Assembly (NCBI GenBank): GCA_050261575.1
Contig: JBLNDL010000043.1
Location: 12,115-76,114 of the forward strand
DNA from: Sphingomonadaceae bacterium
Lineage (GTDB): Bacteria > Chloroflexota > UBA6077
Reading direction: 5' to 3'
Length of the DNA stretch: 64,000 nt
Both the position numbers and the translations under genes were made by a program. The first letter of the stretch is position 1, and every line of letters starts with the position of its first letter. The notes beneath the pieces are model-generated. The model was not told where the DNA came from. It did not search any database and saw only the letters and a list, made by a program, of their open reading frames with translations. Below, one piece after another: positions 21,109 to 29,889 of the stretch.

Positions 21109-22200
21109 ATGGTGCGTGTGCTAGCGGTTGACGTGGGAACCGGGACCCAGGACCTGCTGCTCTTCGACAGCGAAGCCGAGCTCGAGAACTGCATCCAGAT
21201 GGTGATGCCCTCGCCCACGCAGTTGGTGGCCTCGCGGATCAGGCGTGCCACCGCCGATGGTGCCGGCGTCCTCCTCACAGGGGCGACGATGGGTGGCGGG
21301 CCGTGCGCCTGGGCTGCCGAGGAGCACCTGCGTCGGGGTTTGCCCCTGTACGCCACCCCGGACGCAGCACGCACCTTCGACGACGACCTGGACAACGTGG
21401 AGAGAATGGGAATCCAGTTGGTGGACGGGGAGTCCGCCCCCGGCGAGCTTCGCCGCATCGAGATGGCCGACTTCGACTACCAGGCCATAGCCCGTGCCGT
21501 AGAGGCATTCGGCGTCGAGATGGAGGTCGACGCCGTCGCCGTGGCGGTCTTCGATCACGGCGCCGCCCCGCCCGGCGTGAGCGATCGCGCCTTCCGCTTC
21601 GAGTACCTCGCCGACACGGTTCGCCGGAACGATCTCTCGGCCTTCGCCTACCTGCGCGATGAGATCCCCGCCCGCCTGACCCGGATGCGCGCCGTGGCGT
21701 CGAGCGTGCCCCCCGATCTCCCGCTCCTGGTCATGGATACCGGCCCCGCCGCCGTCCTGGGGGCGATGGACGATCCTCGGGTGCGTGCCGCCTCCAGTGC
21801 GATCGTCGCCAACCTGGGCAACTTCCACACCCTGGCTTTCCACATCGCCGACGGCCGCATCCTCGGATTATTCGAGCACCACACGGGTGAGCTCTCTATC
21901 GAGAGGCTGGAAGGCTACCTGCGACAACTGGGTGACGGCACGATCTCCAACGAGCGGGTCTTCGCGGACAAGGGGCACGGCGCCCTGATGGCGAGCGCCC
22001 CCTCCTCGCCGCCGGAGCTGCTGGCGGTAGTCGGCCCCCGCCGGAAGCTCCTGAGTCGCTCGGCGCTGGCTCCGCACCTGGCGGTACCCCACGGAGACAT
22101 GATGCTTACGGGCTGCTTTGGGCTGCTTCGGGCGCTAGCACGCAAGCGGCCCGATTGGGTGCCCGCCATCGGGCCGTCGCTCATCGCAGGCCCGTCGTAG
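21109..22200 (+). CDS. DUF1786 family protein (putative ASKHA-fold ATPase-like)
   Basis: N-terminus MVRVLAVDVGTGTQDLLLFD resembles the phosphate-1 motif of actin-fold ATPases. Family assignment is from memory and only moderately confident. Confidence 0.5.
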   Translation: MVRVLAVDVGTGTQDLLLFDSEAELENCIQMVMPSPTQLVASRIRRATADGAGVLLTGATMGGGPCAWAAEEHLRRGLPLYATPDAARTFDDDLDNVERMGIQLVDGESAPGELRRIEMADFDYQAIARAVEAFGVEMEVDAVAVAVFDHGAAPPGVSDRAFRFEYLADTVRRNDLSAFAYLRDEIPARLTRMRAVASSVPPDLPLLVMDTGPAAVLGAMDDPRVRAASSAIVANLGNFHTLAFHIADGRILGLFEHHTGELSIERLEGYLRQLGDGTISNERVFADKGHGALMASAPSSPPELLAVVGPRRKLLSRSALAPHLAVPHGDMMLTGCFGLLRALARKRPDWVPAIGPSLIAGPS

Positions 22201-22222
22201 CGCTCCGCCAGACCGATCGTGA

Positions 22223-22272
22223 GGAGACGGCGTCGCCTCGACTCCGCCGGCGCTGGGGACGACGCCGTCTCC
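22223..22272. terminator. 13-bp inverted repeat between the convergent DUF1786 and gcvH-like genes
   Basis: ggagacggcgtcg (22223-22235) pairs with cgacgccgtctcc (22260-22272) around a 24-nt GC-rich loop. Confidence 0.3.
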
Positions 22273-22353
22273 GTGATCATCGCGGAGTCGGGATTGTCCC
22301 AGCCCCGCGGTCGGTGGCGCCAGCGCCGCCACGATGCCAGGGGATCGTCCCCC

Positions 22354-22797
22354 TCAGCCCTTCAGCAACCCCCTTCGGCGCCAGTCGTCGATCGATCGCT
22401 CCAGCCAGGGGTGAACGCCCTCGCCGTGCACCAGGGCGGCCAGATCGCGCGGCGCGTCCTCCGGCTCCAGCACGATCAGCCATCCCCGGTCGTATGGATC
22501 GGAGTTCAGCAGGCTGGGGCGGCTCATCACCTCCTCGTTCACCTCGACCACCCGGCCGGATATAGGCGCCTTGAGCGGCCCCACGTACTTCCCCGCCTCC
22601 ATGGTGCCGAAGGGCTTCCCCGCAGCCACCGGCCTGCCCGGAGGCTTCAGCCGGACCGCTCCCACGGTGCCGGCAGAGCGCTGCGCGAGGGCGTCCAGCC
22701 CGACCCTCGCTCTATCCCCCTCCAGACGTACCCATAGGTGGTCCTCTGGGTGGTAGTAAAGGTCATCCGGTAGCACAATGCCTTCAGCCTGAGCCAC
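22354..22797 (-). CDS. Glycine-cleavage H-protein-like lipoyl-carrier protein (GcvH family, with about 25-aa C-terminal extension)
   Basis: GTG start with AAGGAGG-N5 spacing; MAQAEGIVLPDDLYYHPEDHLWVRLEGDRARVGLDALAQRSAGTVGAVRLKPPGRPVAAGKPFGTMEAGKYVGPL...NSDPYDRGWLIVLE follows the GcvH pattern (YTKEHEWV...VGITDHAQ...ESVKAASD...NSDPYGEGW), with a candidate lipoyl-Lys in MEAGKY. Confidence 0.75.
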   Translation of the reverse strand: MAQAEGIVLPDDLYYHPEDHLWVRLEGDRARVGLDALAQRSAGTVGAVRLKPPGRPVAAGKPFGTMEAGKYVGPLKAPISGRVVEVNEEVMSRPSLLNSDPYDRGWLIVLEPEDAPRDLAALVHGEGVHPWLERSIDDWRRRGLLKG

Positions 22798-22919
22798 GAT
22801 AGCCTCCTTGGAAACCCTGAGAGATCCGTAGATATCGCAGATCGACGCAGATGGACGGCCACGAGATGCGCATCTGCGTGCTTCTGCGTGCGTCTGCGGA
22901 TCGGTTCTGTCGGGCGTCG

Positions 22920-24167
22920 TCAGTGTCCACACACCCCCGCCAACAGCTCCACGACGTCCACCACCTCGACGCCGGAGGCGCTCGCCTCCGCCCCTTGCGC
23001 GAGTGTCCGCACGCATTGGGGGCAGGCGGTCACGATGGTCCCCGCGCCGGTGCTGGCCAGTTGCGCCACCCGGCGGGCGGCCACCCTGCCCGCAAGGAGC
23101 GGGTCCACCATCTCCAGGTCGCCACCGCCGCCGCAGCACTCCCCGCGCTCCCTCCCCTCGTGGACCTCCACCAGCCGCACTCCCGGGAGGGTCTCCAGCA
23201 GCCGCCGCGGTGCGTCGTACACGCCACCGTTTCGCGCCAGGTCGCAGGGGTCGTGATAGGTCACCACCCGCTCCTCAGCCCCACCGGCCGCGGCGTGAGA
23301 GGGCGGCATCGCCCTCGACTCCGCCGACGTAGCTCTCGTCGCCGGCCCCCCGCTGGCCGAGCCATTGCGGCCATGCGGCAGCGGCAGCCGGCCCGCTTCC
23401 GCCAGCTCCAACAGGAACTCCGTGGAATGGAGCATCCGAACGCCGGGCAGTCTGGGGGCGTACTCCTCCATCCACATGATCCGGCAGGCCGGGCAGGTGA
23501 AGACCACCGTCCCCGCCTCCTTCTCCAGAAACCGAGTAACGTTGGCGTCGATCACCCTCTCGGCCCGGTCGCCCATCCCGGCCATCATCAACGGAAAGCC
23601 GCAGCACACCTCCCCCTCACCCAGCAGGGTGAAGTCCACCTGGGCAGCGGCCAGCAGCCTCACGAACGACTCCGCTATCCGCTGGACCCGCGGGGAAAAG
23701 GATGACGAGCAGCCGACGAAGTACACGACCTCGGCCCGATCCCGCTGGTAGAGGTCCGGCCGGGCGTCATCCATGTACTCTACCCACCCCGCCCTCTCCT
23801 CGTTGGGGTAGCCGTAGATGTTGCCGCTCGCGGCGACGTTGCCGCTCGCTGCAGCAATCCCCGAGGGAGCCAGATCGCGGGCAACGGTCTCTGCTCGAGC
23901 CCGCAGCCAGAACCTACGCAGGTCGATGTGAGTGGAGCAGACCCTCGTACAGTGTCCGCACATGGTGCACTGGTACAGCCGGACCATCTGGTCCGCCGAG
24001 GGGGGCCTGCCCTCGAGCAGCATCCTGGTGAGGTGGATCCTCCCCCTGGGGGAGCAGGACTCCCACCCGACGCCGGCGTAGGTGGGACAGACCGCCCGGC
24101 AGTAGCCGCAGTAGGCGCAGATGGTGGATTCGGCCTCCAACCCTTCGAAGAAGACGCGCTCACTCAT
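22920..24167 (-). CDS. Iron-sulfur oxidoreductase of the GlcF/GlpC/LutA/HdrD type (2x[4Fe-4S] ferredoxin motifs plus two CCG cysteine-rich domains)
   Basis: CAYCGYCRAVCP and CTMCGHCTRVC; CCG domain 1 VGCSSSF...CCGFP...CPAC; CCG domain 2 HDPCDL...CCGGGG...CPQC. The ATG overlaps the upstream stop (ATGA). Confidence 0.8.
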   Translation of the reverse strand: MSERVFFEGLEAESTICAYCGYCRAVCPTYAGVGWESCSPRGRIHLTRMLLEGRPPSADQMVRLYQCTMCGHCTRVCSTHIDLRRFWLRARAETVARDLAPSGIAAASGNVAASGNIYGYPNEERAGWVEYMDDARPDLYQRDRAEVVYFVGCSSSFSPRVQRIAESFVRLLAAAQVDFTLLGEGEVCCGFPLMMAGMGDRAERVIDANVTRFLEKEAGTVVFTCPACRIMWMEEYAPRLPGVRMLHSTEFLLELAEAGRLPLPHGRNGSASGGPATRATSAESRAMPPSHAAAGGAEERVVTYHDPCDLARNGGVYDAPRRLLETLPGVRLVEVHEGRERGECCGGGGDLEMVDPLLAGRVAARRVAQLASTGAGTIVTACPQCVRTLAQGAEASASGVEVVDVVELLAGVCGH

Positions 24168-25606
24168 CGCCGCCTCCCAAGGGCCACGAACACCGCCGCC
24201 AGCACCGCAGCCCCCGCATCGAACGTCACCGGCCACAGGGGGAACGGCGATCGGTACAGCTTGCCCGGGTTCATGATGCCCAGGGGGTCCAGCATCTGCT
24301 TGCGGCGCCGAAGCTCGGCCATCTGCCGCCGCGTGAACAGGCGAGACAAGTAGGGCGTGTTCCACAGCCCCACGCCGTAGGGCCGCGCGCCGTGCCGCGC
24401 CCCCAGGTTGTGCAAGCGCCTGGTGTAGCCTATCGCCGCGAGGTACTCGACGGCGTTCCGCTCGTCGGCAGGGTAGATGGACATCACCATCGCCCAGTCC
24501 GGGGCGACCGCCACCCCATAGGTGCCGATGGGCACCCGATCCCGGCGGGAGAGGGTCCGCACCGCCTCCAGGTACGCGCCCAACCCGCCCAGCGGCAGCC
24601 ACTGCTCGGCAGCCAGGAGGGAGGGTCCACCCCGCTTCGCCCGCAGGTGGAACAGGCGGGAGTTCCACTCCTCCAGCGCCGCCTCCGAGGAAAGCTCCCG
24701 TCCGCGTAGGCGTACCAGGCAGTCGTCGCCCCGCCGAACCTCCTCGGCGTCTCCCTGGAAGCTGGCCAGGAGAACGAGAGACCCGCCCGCGGGATCCACG
24801 GGGGTGTCGAAGCCAGCCTTCGCCAGCATGCCCAGGTATCCGGCATCGGCGAAGAAGAGGGTGAAGGGGCACGGCTGCCATATGGCAGCCGCGCGAAGGG
24901 CTTCGGCGAGTGCGGCGGGGCTATCGAAGGCGAGCAGATGGTGGGACTCCACCTCCGGCCTGGCCCGGACGGCCAGCTCCACCCCCGTCACCACGCCCAG
25001 CGTTCCCTCGGCGGATACGAACCAATCCAACGGTGGATCGGTGTCGCGGCTGACCGTTCGAAGTTCACCGTTGGGCAGCACCACCTCGAGGCTCACCAAC
25101 TGGTCGCCCACCGCTCCGTACTTCAGGCTGCCGATTCCGTGACCCTGGGTGCTGATCCAGCCCCCCACGGTAGCGGAGAGCGCGCTGGATGGGTAGGAGC
25201 GGACGGCGAACCCCTCGAGCCGCAGGGCGTCGTCCAGTTCGAACCAGGTGGTAGCCGGCAGCACGCGGACGATCCCCCGTGCGGGATCCAGGTCGATCCC
25301 GCCACGCATGTCGTTCACGTCCAGCACCAGTCCGCCTCGCGCGGGCACGGCGTCGTAGTAGCTGGTGCTGGCGGCTGCGCGGGGGGTCACGGCCACGTGC
25401 GACTTCGCGGCCTCGCGCACTACCTCAGCCACCTGACGGGCGCTCCGAGGGCGAACCACCGCATCGGGCAGCGTCCGAAAGAAGGGGCGAGTCAACAGGG
25501 CCGGAACAGGGGCCAGATCGCGGGAGTAGAGCGTCCGCTCGACGAGGTCGTCGGTAACGCGATCGGCCGGCAGCCCGGCCGCGATGGCTAGCTGCACTTT
25601 GCCCAC
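24164..25606 (-). CDS. FAD-linked oxidase (GlcD / D-lactate dehydrogenase family, PCMH-type FAD-binding) with hydrophobic C-terminal segment
   Basis: GTG start after GAGGAGG; the N-terminal FAD-binding domain pattern (AVTPRAAASTSYYDAVP...GGLVLDV) plus the GlcD-like C-terminal domain. Confidence 0.8.
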   Translation of the reverse strand: MGKVQLAIAAGLPADRVTDDLVERTLYSRDLAPVPALLTRPFFRTLPDAVVRPRSARQVAEVVREAAKSHVAVTPRAAASTSYYDAVPARGGLVLDVNDMRGGIDLDPARGIVRVLPATTWFELDDALRLEGFAVRSYPSSALSATVGGWISTQGHGIGSLKYGAVGDQLVSLEVVLPNGELRTVSRDTDPPLDWFVSAEGTLGVVTGVELAVRARPEVESHHLLAFDSPAALAEALRAAAIWQPCPFTLFFADAGYLGMLAKAGFDTPVDPAGGSLVLLASFQGDAEEVRRGDDCLVRLRGRELSSEAALEEWNSRLFHLRAKRGGPSLLAAEQWLPLGGLGAYLEAVRTLSRRDRVPIGTYGVAVAPDWAMVMSIYPADERNAVEYLAAIGYTRRLHNLGARHGARPYGVGLWNTPYLSRLFTRRQMAELRRRKQMLDPLGIMNPGKLYRSPFPLWPVTFDAGAAVLAAVFVALGRRR

Positions 25607-27087
25607 ACCTCCTCAGCGCGATACGAACTGCGCACCAGTGGCGAGGAGGCGACCCCCTGGAAGCCCATCGCCAGAGCCACCTCCCGGTACCAGTCGAAGA
25701 CCGCGGGATGGATGTAGTCGACCACTTCCTGCTGGCGCGGGCTCGGCTGCAGGTACTGGCCGATCGTCAGTAGGTCGCAGCCGACGCGCCGGAGGTCGCG
25801 CATCGCGTCGACCACCTCCCCGCACCTCTCCCCCAGCCCCACCATCAACCCCGACTTGGTCTTGAGGCCTCGCCTCCTGGCCCAGGCCAGCACACCCAGC
25901 GACCGTCGGTAGCTGGCTCTGGCCCGCACGGAGCCCGATAGCCGCTCCACCGTCTCCAAGTTGTGGTTGAACACGTCGGGCCGGGCATCGGCCACCGACT
26001 CCAGGGCAGACTGCGACCCGCCGAAGTCGGGCACCAGCACCTCCACGATCGCCTCGGGCAGCCTCCGGCGGATCGCCCGGATCGTTGCCGCGAAGAGCCC
26101 GGCGCCACCATCCGGAAGGTCGTCCCGTGCCACCGAGGTGACGACAACGTGGCGCAGCCCCAGCCTGGCGGCCGCCTCGGCGACCCTGGAAGGCTCCTCT
26201 GGGTCCGGAGGGCCCGGCCAGCCCGCCCTCACGTTGCAGAAGCGGCAGTGGCGCGTGCACACATCTCCCAGCACGAGGAAGGTCGCCGTGCCCCGACTCC
26301 AGCACTCCCCCAGATTCGGGCATGCCGCCTCCTCGCAGACGGTGTGAAGGCCAAGCCCCGCCACCACCGCCTCGACGGGCGCCGTCGCCTCCTGGGCAGC
26401 CATCGCCATCAGCCACGGTCCTGGGGTCCTCCGCGGCTCCACCTTTCGCCCGAAGATCCGGGCAAAGGCTCCTACGAAAGCATCCTCGACCTCCTCGATG
26501 CCGATCCTGCGCCCCAGGATCGCTCGCATGGATGTGACCCCGCGATCGGCCAGGCCGCAGGGCACTATCGTCCCGAAGGCCGCCATGTCCGGGTCGACGT
26601 TCAGGGCCACGCCGTGGGTCGTTACCCTATCCCGCACCGCGATGCCCACGGCCGCGATCTTCTCTCTGCCGACCCAAACACCCGGGTAGCGCTCGACCCG
26701 CTGGGCGACGATGCCCCACCCCTCCAGCAGATCCAGCACCACCTGCTCCAGCCGCCACAGGTAGCCGTGTAGGTCGCGGTTGGGAAGCCTCAAGATCGGG
26801 TACGCCACGAGCTGGCCGGGGGTGTGGCAGGTGGCGCGGCCGCCCCGCTCCGTCTCAACGACCTCCACGCCCAACACCCGCAGCCGGTCGCGAGGCACCC
26901 GCAGGTCCTCGATGCCGCCACCACGCCCCAGCGTGACCACGTTCGGGTGCTGCACGAGGAGCAGACAGTCCCCGACGTCGTCCCGCCGACGCGCCTCCGC
27001 CAGACGCTGCATCAACCGCAGGGCCTGGCGGTATCCGACCACCCCCATCCGAAGCAGGTATACGGGATCGTGCCGAGGCCCCATCAC
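25588..27087 (-). CDS. Bifunctional fusion: octanoyltransferase LipB (N-terminal about 215 aa) fused in-frame to lipoyl synthase LipA (C-terminal about 280 aa)
   Basis: LipB blocks (LLLVQHPNVVTLGRG, CHTPGQLVAYPIL, GVWVGREKIAAVGIAV) run without an intervening stop into LipA blocks (GLHTVCEEAACPNLGECW, CTRHCRFCNV radical-SAM CxxxCxxC). The start overlaps the lpd stop. Confidence 0.8.
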   Translation of the reverse strand: MMGPRHDPVYLLRMGVVGYRQALRLMQRLAEARRRDDVGDCLLLVQHPNVVTLGRGGGIEDLRVPRDRLRVLGVEVVETERGGRATCHTPGQLVAYPILRLPNRDLHGYLWRLEQVVLDLLEGWGIVAQRVERYPGVWVGREKIAAVGIAVRDRVTTHGVALNVDPDMAAFGTIVPCGLADRGVTSMRAILGRRIGIEEVEDAFVGAFARIFGRKVEPRRTPGPWLMAMAAQEATAPVEAVVAGLGLHTVCEEAACPNLGECWSRGTATFLVLGDVCTRHCRFCNVRAGWPGPPDPEEPSRVAEAAARLGLRHVVVTSVARDDLPDGGAGLFAATIRAIRRRLPEAIVEVLVPDFGGSQSALESVADARPDVFNHNLETVERLSGSVRARASYRRSLGVLAWARRRGLKTKSGLMVGLGERCGEVVDAMRDLRRVGCDLLTIGQYLQPSPRQQEVVDYIHPAVFDWYREVALAMGFQGVASSPLVRSSYRAEEVWAKCS

Positions 27088-28451
27088 AGCCTCGGCACGA
27101 ACAGCGCCTGCCCGAGGACAGCTCGCGCCGATTCCACGACGCTCTCGCTCAGGGTGGGATGGATCCGGAGCGACCAGGCGACATCCTCTGCAAGTGCCTC
27201 CAACTGCAGGGCCATGGCCGCCTCGGCGATCGATTCGGTCGCCCTGTGGCCGACGATGTGCACTCCCAGCAGCCTTCCACGCTTCCGATCGGCCACCAGC
27301 TTGACCCCTCCGTCCATCTCCCCAAGCCCCATGGCCCGCGGATTGGTGGATAGGGCCACGTTGGCCACCTCGACGTCGTATCCGGCATCGACGGCCTGAT
27401 CCTCGGTGAGGCCGACGGCAGCCACCTCGGGGACGGAGAAGGCGTAGCGTGGCACTATCCGTCGATCCAGCCGCCGGTCCTTCCCCATGGCGTTCTCCGC
27501 GGCCACCAGCCCCCCTGCCGTCGCCAGGGAGGAGTACATCGGATCACCGGTTGCGTCCCCCACGGCGTAGAGCCCCGGCACGTTGGTCTGCTGACGGTCG
27601 TCCACCACTACCGCGCCATCCTGGAGCCGGACTCCCGTCTCCGCCAGCCCGAGGTCCAGGGTTGCCGGCACCCTGCCGCACCACAACAGCCGGTCGGCCA
27701 CGATCTCCCTCTCGCCCCTCGGGCCCGACAGTGTTACCCTCAGGCCCTCCGAGCCACGCTGTGCCGCCCGCACCGTCGCGTTGCCGATAACCTCGATCCT
27801 CTGCCCCTGCAGAGCGGCCTGCAGCCGCTGTCCTATCTCGTAGTCCTCCTCAGGCAGTGGGTATGGCCCGTCCACCACCAGGGTCACCCGGCTACCCAGG
27901 GCGGCGTACAGGGTCGCGAACTCGACCTCCGAGGGTCCCCCGCCCCAGATGGCGAGTCGCTCGGGCACCTTCTCTAGCTGCATGGCCTCATCGGGCCGCA
28001 GCACCTCATCGACCCCCGGGGGCAACGGCGCCCACCTCGCCCCCGTGGCGAGGATCACGGCCCGGCTCGCCTGCAGCCGCCGGCCATCGACCTCCACCGT
28101 CCGGAGGTCCACCAGCCGGGCCACACCCTGCACCACCTCGATGCCGAAGGTGGGAAGAAGACCCGCCATCCCCTCCCGCAGCTCGGAGACGATCTGCTCT
28201 TTGCGGGCGATCATCTTCGGAACGTCCAGGCTCGCCGGGCCCACCCGGACACCCATCTCCTCGGCCTGTGCGACGCGCCGATACAGCTCGACGCTCGCCA
28301 GGAAGGTGGTCAGGGGAATGCAGTTCCGGTTGACGCAGTTGCCGCCCAGCTCCGCGCGCTCCACCAGGGTCACCTGTGCGCCCAGTTGCGCCGCCCTCGC
28401 CGCCGCCGCGGTCCCGCCCGGCCCTCCACCGATAACGATCACGTCTGGCAT
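27084..28451 (-). CDS. lpdA: Dihydrolipoyl dehydrogenase (E3)
   Basis: MPDVIVIGGGPGGTAAAARAAQLGAQVTLVE...GGNCVNRNCIP (redox disulfide), plus NAD and interface domains. Confidence 0.9.
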   Translation of the reverse strand: MPDVIVIGGGPGGTAAAARAAQLGAQVTLVERAELGGNCVNRNCIPLTTFLASVELYRRVAQAEEMGVRVGPASLDVPKMIARKEQIVSELREGMAGLLPTFGIEVVQGVARLVDLRTVEVDGRRLQASRAVILATGARWAPLPPGVDEVLRPDEAMQLEKVPERLAIWGGGPSEVEFATLYAALGSRVTLVVDGPYPLPEEDYEIGQRLQAALQGQRIEVIGNATVRAAQRGSEGLRVTLSGPRGEREIVADRLLWCGRVPATLDLGLAETGVRLQDGAVVVDDRQQTNVPGLYAVGDATGDPMYSSLATAGGLVAAENAMGKDRRLDRRIVPRYAFSVPEVAAVGLTEDQAVDAGYDVEVANVALSTNPRAMGLGEMDGGVKLVADRKRGRLLGVHIVGHRATESIAEAAMALQLEALAEDVAWSLRIHPTLSESVVESARAVLGQALFVPRL

Positions 28452-28488
28452 CAGACCCTCCAGTATTCCGTCCCCGGCAGCTCTTCAC

Positions 28489-29823
28489 TCACAACAGCAG
28501 GCGGTACGGGTTCTCGATCAGTTCCTTCAGAGTCCGCATGAACTCGGCTGCAGGAGCGCCGTCCACGACGCGGTGGTCTATGGTGAGACTCAGCACCATC
28601 GTGGACCGCCTCGCGATCTCGTTCTCGTGGATCACCGGCTTCTCTGCGATGCGCCCCACACCCAGGATGGCAACCTCGGGCGAGTTGATGATCGGGGTGA
28701 AGCCGTCGACGCCGTAGGAGCCCAGGTTGGTGATAGTGAAGGTGCTTCCGGTCACCTCGTCCACCGAGAGGCTGCCGTCCCTCGCCCCCTGTGCCAAGCG
28801 TCGCGACTCCTGGGCTATCTCCCGCACCGTCCGCCGGTCGGCGTCCCGAAGGACGGGCACGATCAGCCCCTCCTCCAGCGCCACGGCGATGCCGATGTGG
28901 ATAGGCTCCAGCAGATGTATCTCGTCGCCGATAAGGACCGAGTTCAGCAGCGGATGGCTTCGAAGGGCCTTGGCGACGGCCTTCACCAGCAGGTCGTTGT
29001 AGGTCAGGTCGAACTCGGCTTTCAACTGGCTCCGCAGCCTGACCAGCTCGGTCGCGTCGACCTCCATCTGGATGGTGAGCTGGGCCATGGTGTGGAGGCT
29101 CTCCACCATGTGCTCCGCGATGGCCTGGCGCACGCCGGCGAACGGGATGGTGCGCGCCACCGACCGTGCCTCCGCCGCGCCCGGGGCTTTCTTTCGGGCT
29201 TCGGCGAAGCGCACCACGTCCTCCTCGGTGATACGGCCTCCCAAGCCGCTACCGCGAACCTCGCCCAGGTCCACACCGCGTTCGCGGGCCAACCGCCGTG
29301 CAGCGGTGGTGGCCAGCACCTCCGCGGGCACCCCCGGCCGCTCGCTCTCGGCGACGAAGCGGAGCACGTCCGCCTCCGTCACCATGCCGTCGGCGCCGGA
29401 GCCCAACACCTGCCCCAGGTCGATCCCCCTCTCCTTGGCCAATCGGCGGGCGGCCGGTGAGGCCACGACGAAGGTCGCACGAGCCTGCACCGCCTGGGCC
29501 TGCTGGGTGGCCAGCGCCGGGGCTGCGGCGACGGGCTCGACTGCCGCCGGAGCCTCGGGCACCTCTTCCACGGAGGGAACCGCCTCGCCAGGCACGGTCA
29601 CGAAGCCGAGGGTAGCCCCCACCACCCGGGTCTCTTTCGGCCGGGTCACGATCCTCAGGATGCCTGCCGACGGAGCCGTCAGGGTGTAGGTGATCTTCTT
29701 GCTCATCACCACGGCGACCGGCTCATCCTTGGCTACCTCGTCACCCTCCTGTTTGAGCCACTTGGCTACGATACCTTCCTTCATCGCCATGCCCAGCTTG
29801 GGCATGATGATCTTGGTTGCCAT
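28489..29823 (-). CDS. Dihydrolipoamide acyltransferase (E2; single lipoyl domain, PSBD, catalytic domain)
   Basis: MATKIIMPKLGMAMKEGIVAKWLKQEGDEV (lipoyl-Lys in GMAMKEG), two E3-binding-like segments, and a C-terminal DHRVVDG catalytic motif. Confidence 0.85.
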   Translation of the reverse strand: MATKIIMPKLGMAMKEGIVAKWLKQEGDEVAKDEPVAVVMSKKITYTLTAPSAGILRIVTRPKETRVVGATLGFVTVPGEAVPSVEEVPEAPAAVEPVAAAPALATQQAQAVQARATFVVASPAARRLAKERGIDLGQVLGSGADGMVTEADVLRFVAESERPGVPAEVLATTAARRLARERGVDLGEVRGSGLGGRITEEDVVRFAEARKKAPGAAEARSVARTIPFAGVRQAIAEHMVESLHTMAQLTIQMEVDATELVRLRSQLKAEFDLTYNDLLVKAVAKALRSHPLLNSVLIGDEIHLLEPIHIGIAVALEEGLIVPVLRDADRRTVREIAQESRRLAQGARDGSLSVDEVTGSTFTITNLGSYGVDGFTPIINSPEVAILGVGRIAEKPVIHENEIARRSTMVLSLTIDHRVVDGAPAAEFMRTLKELIENPYRLLL

Positions 29824-29889
29824 CGCCCAATTCCTCCGATCGGGGTCGGGACCGATGGCTGGGGGGGCCGAGTGCGGTCCCCCCAGCTC

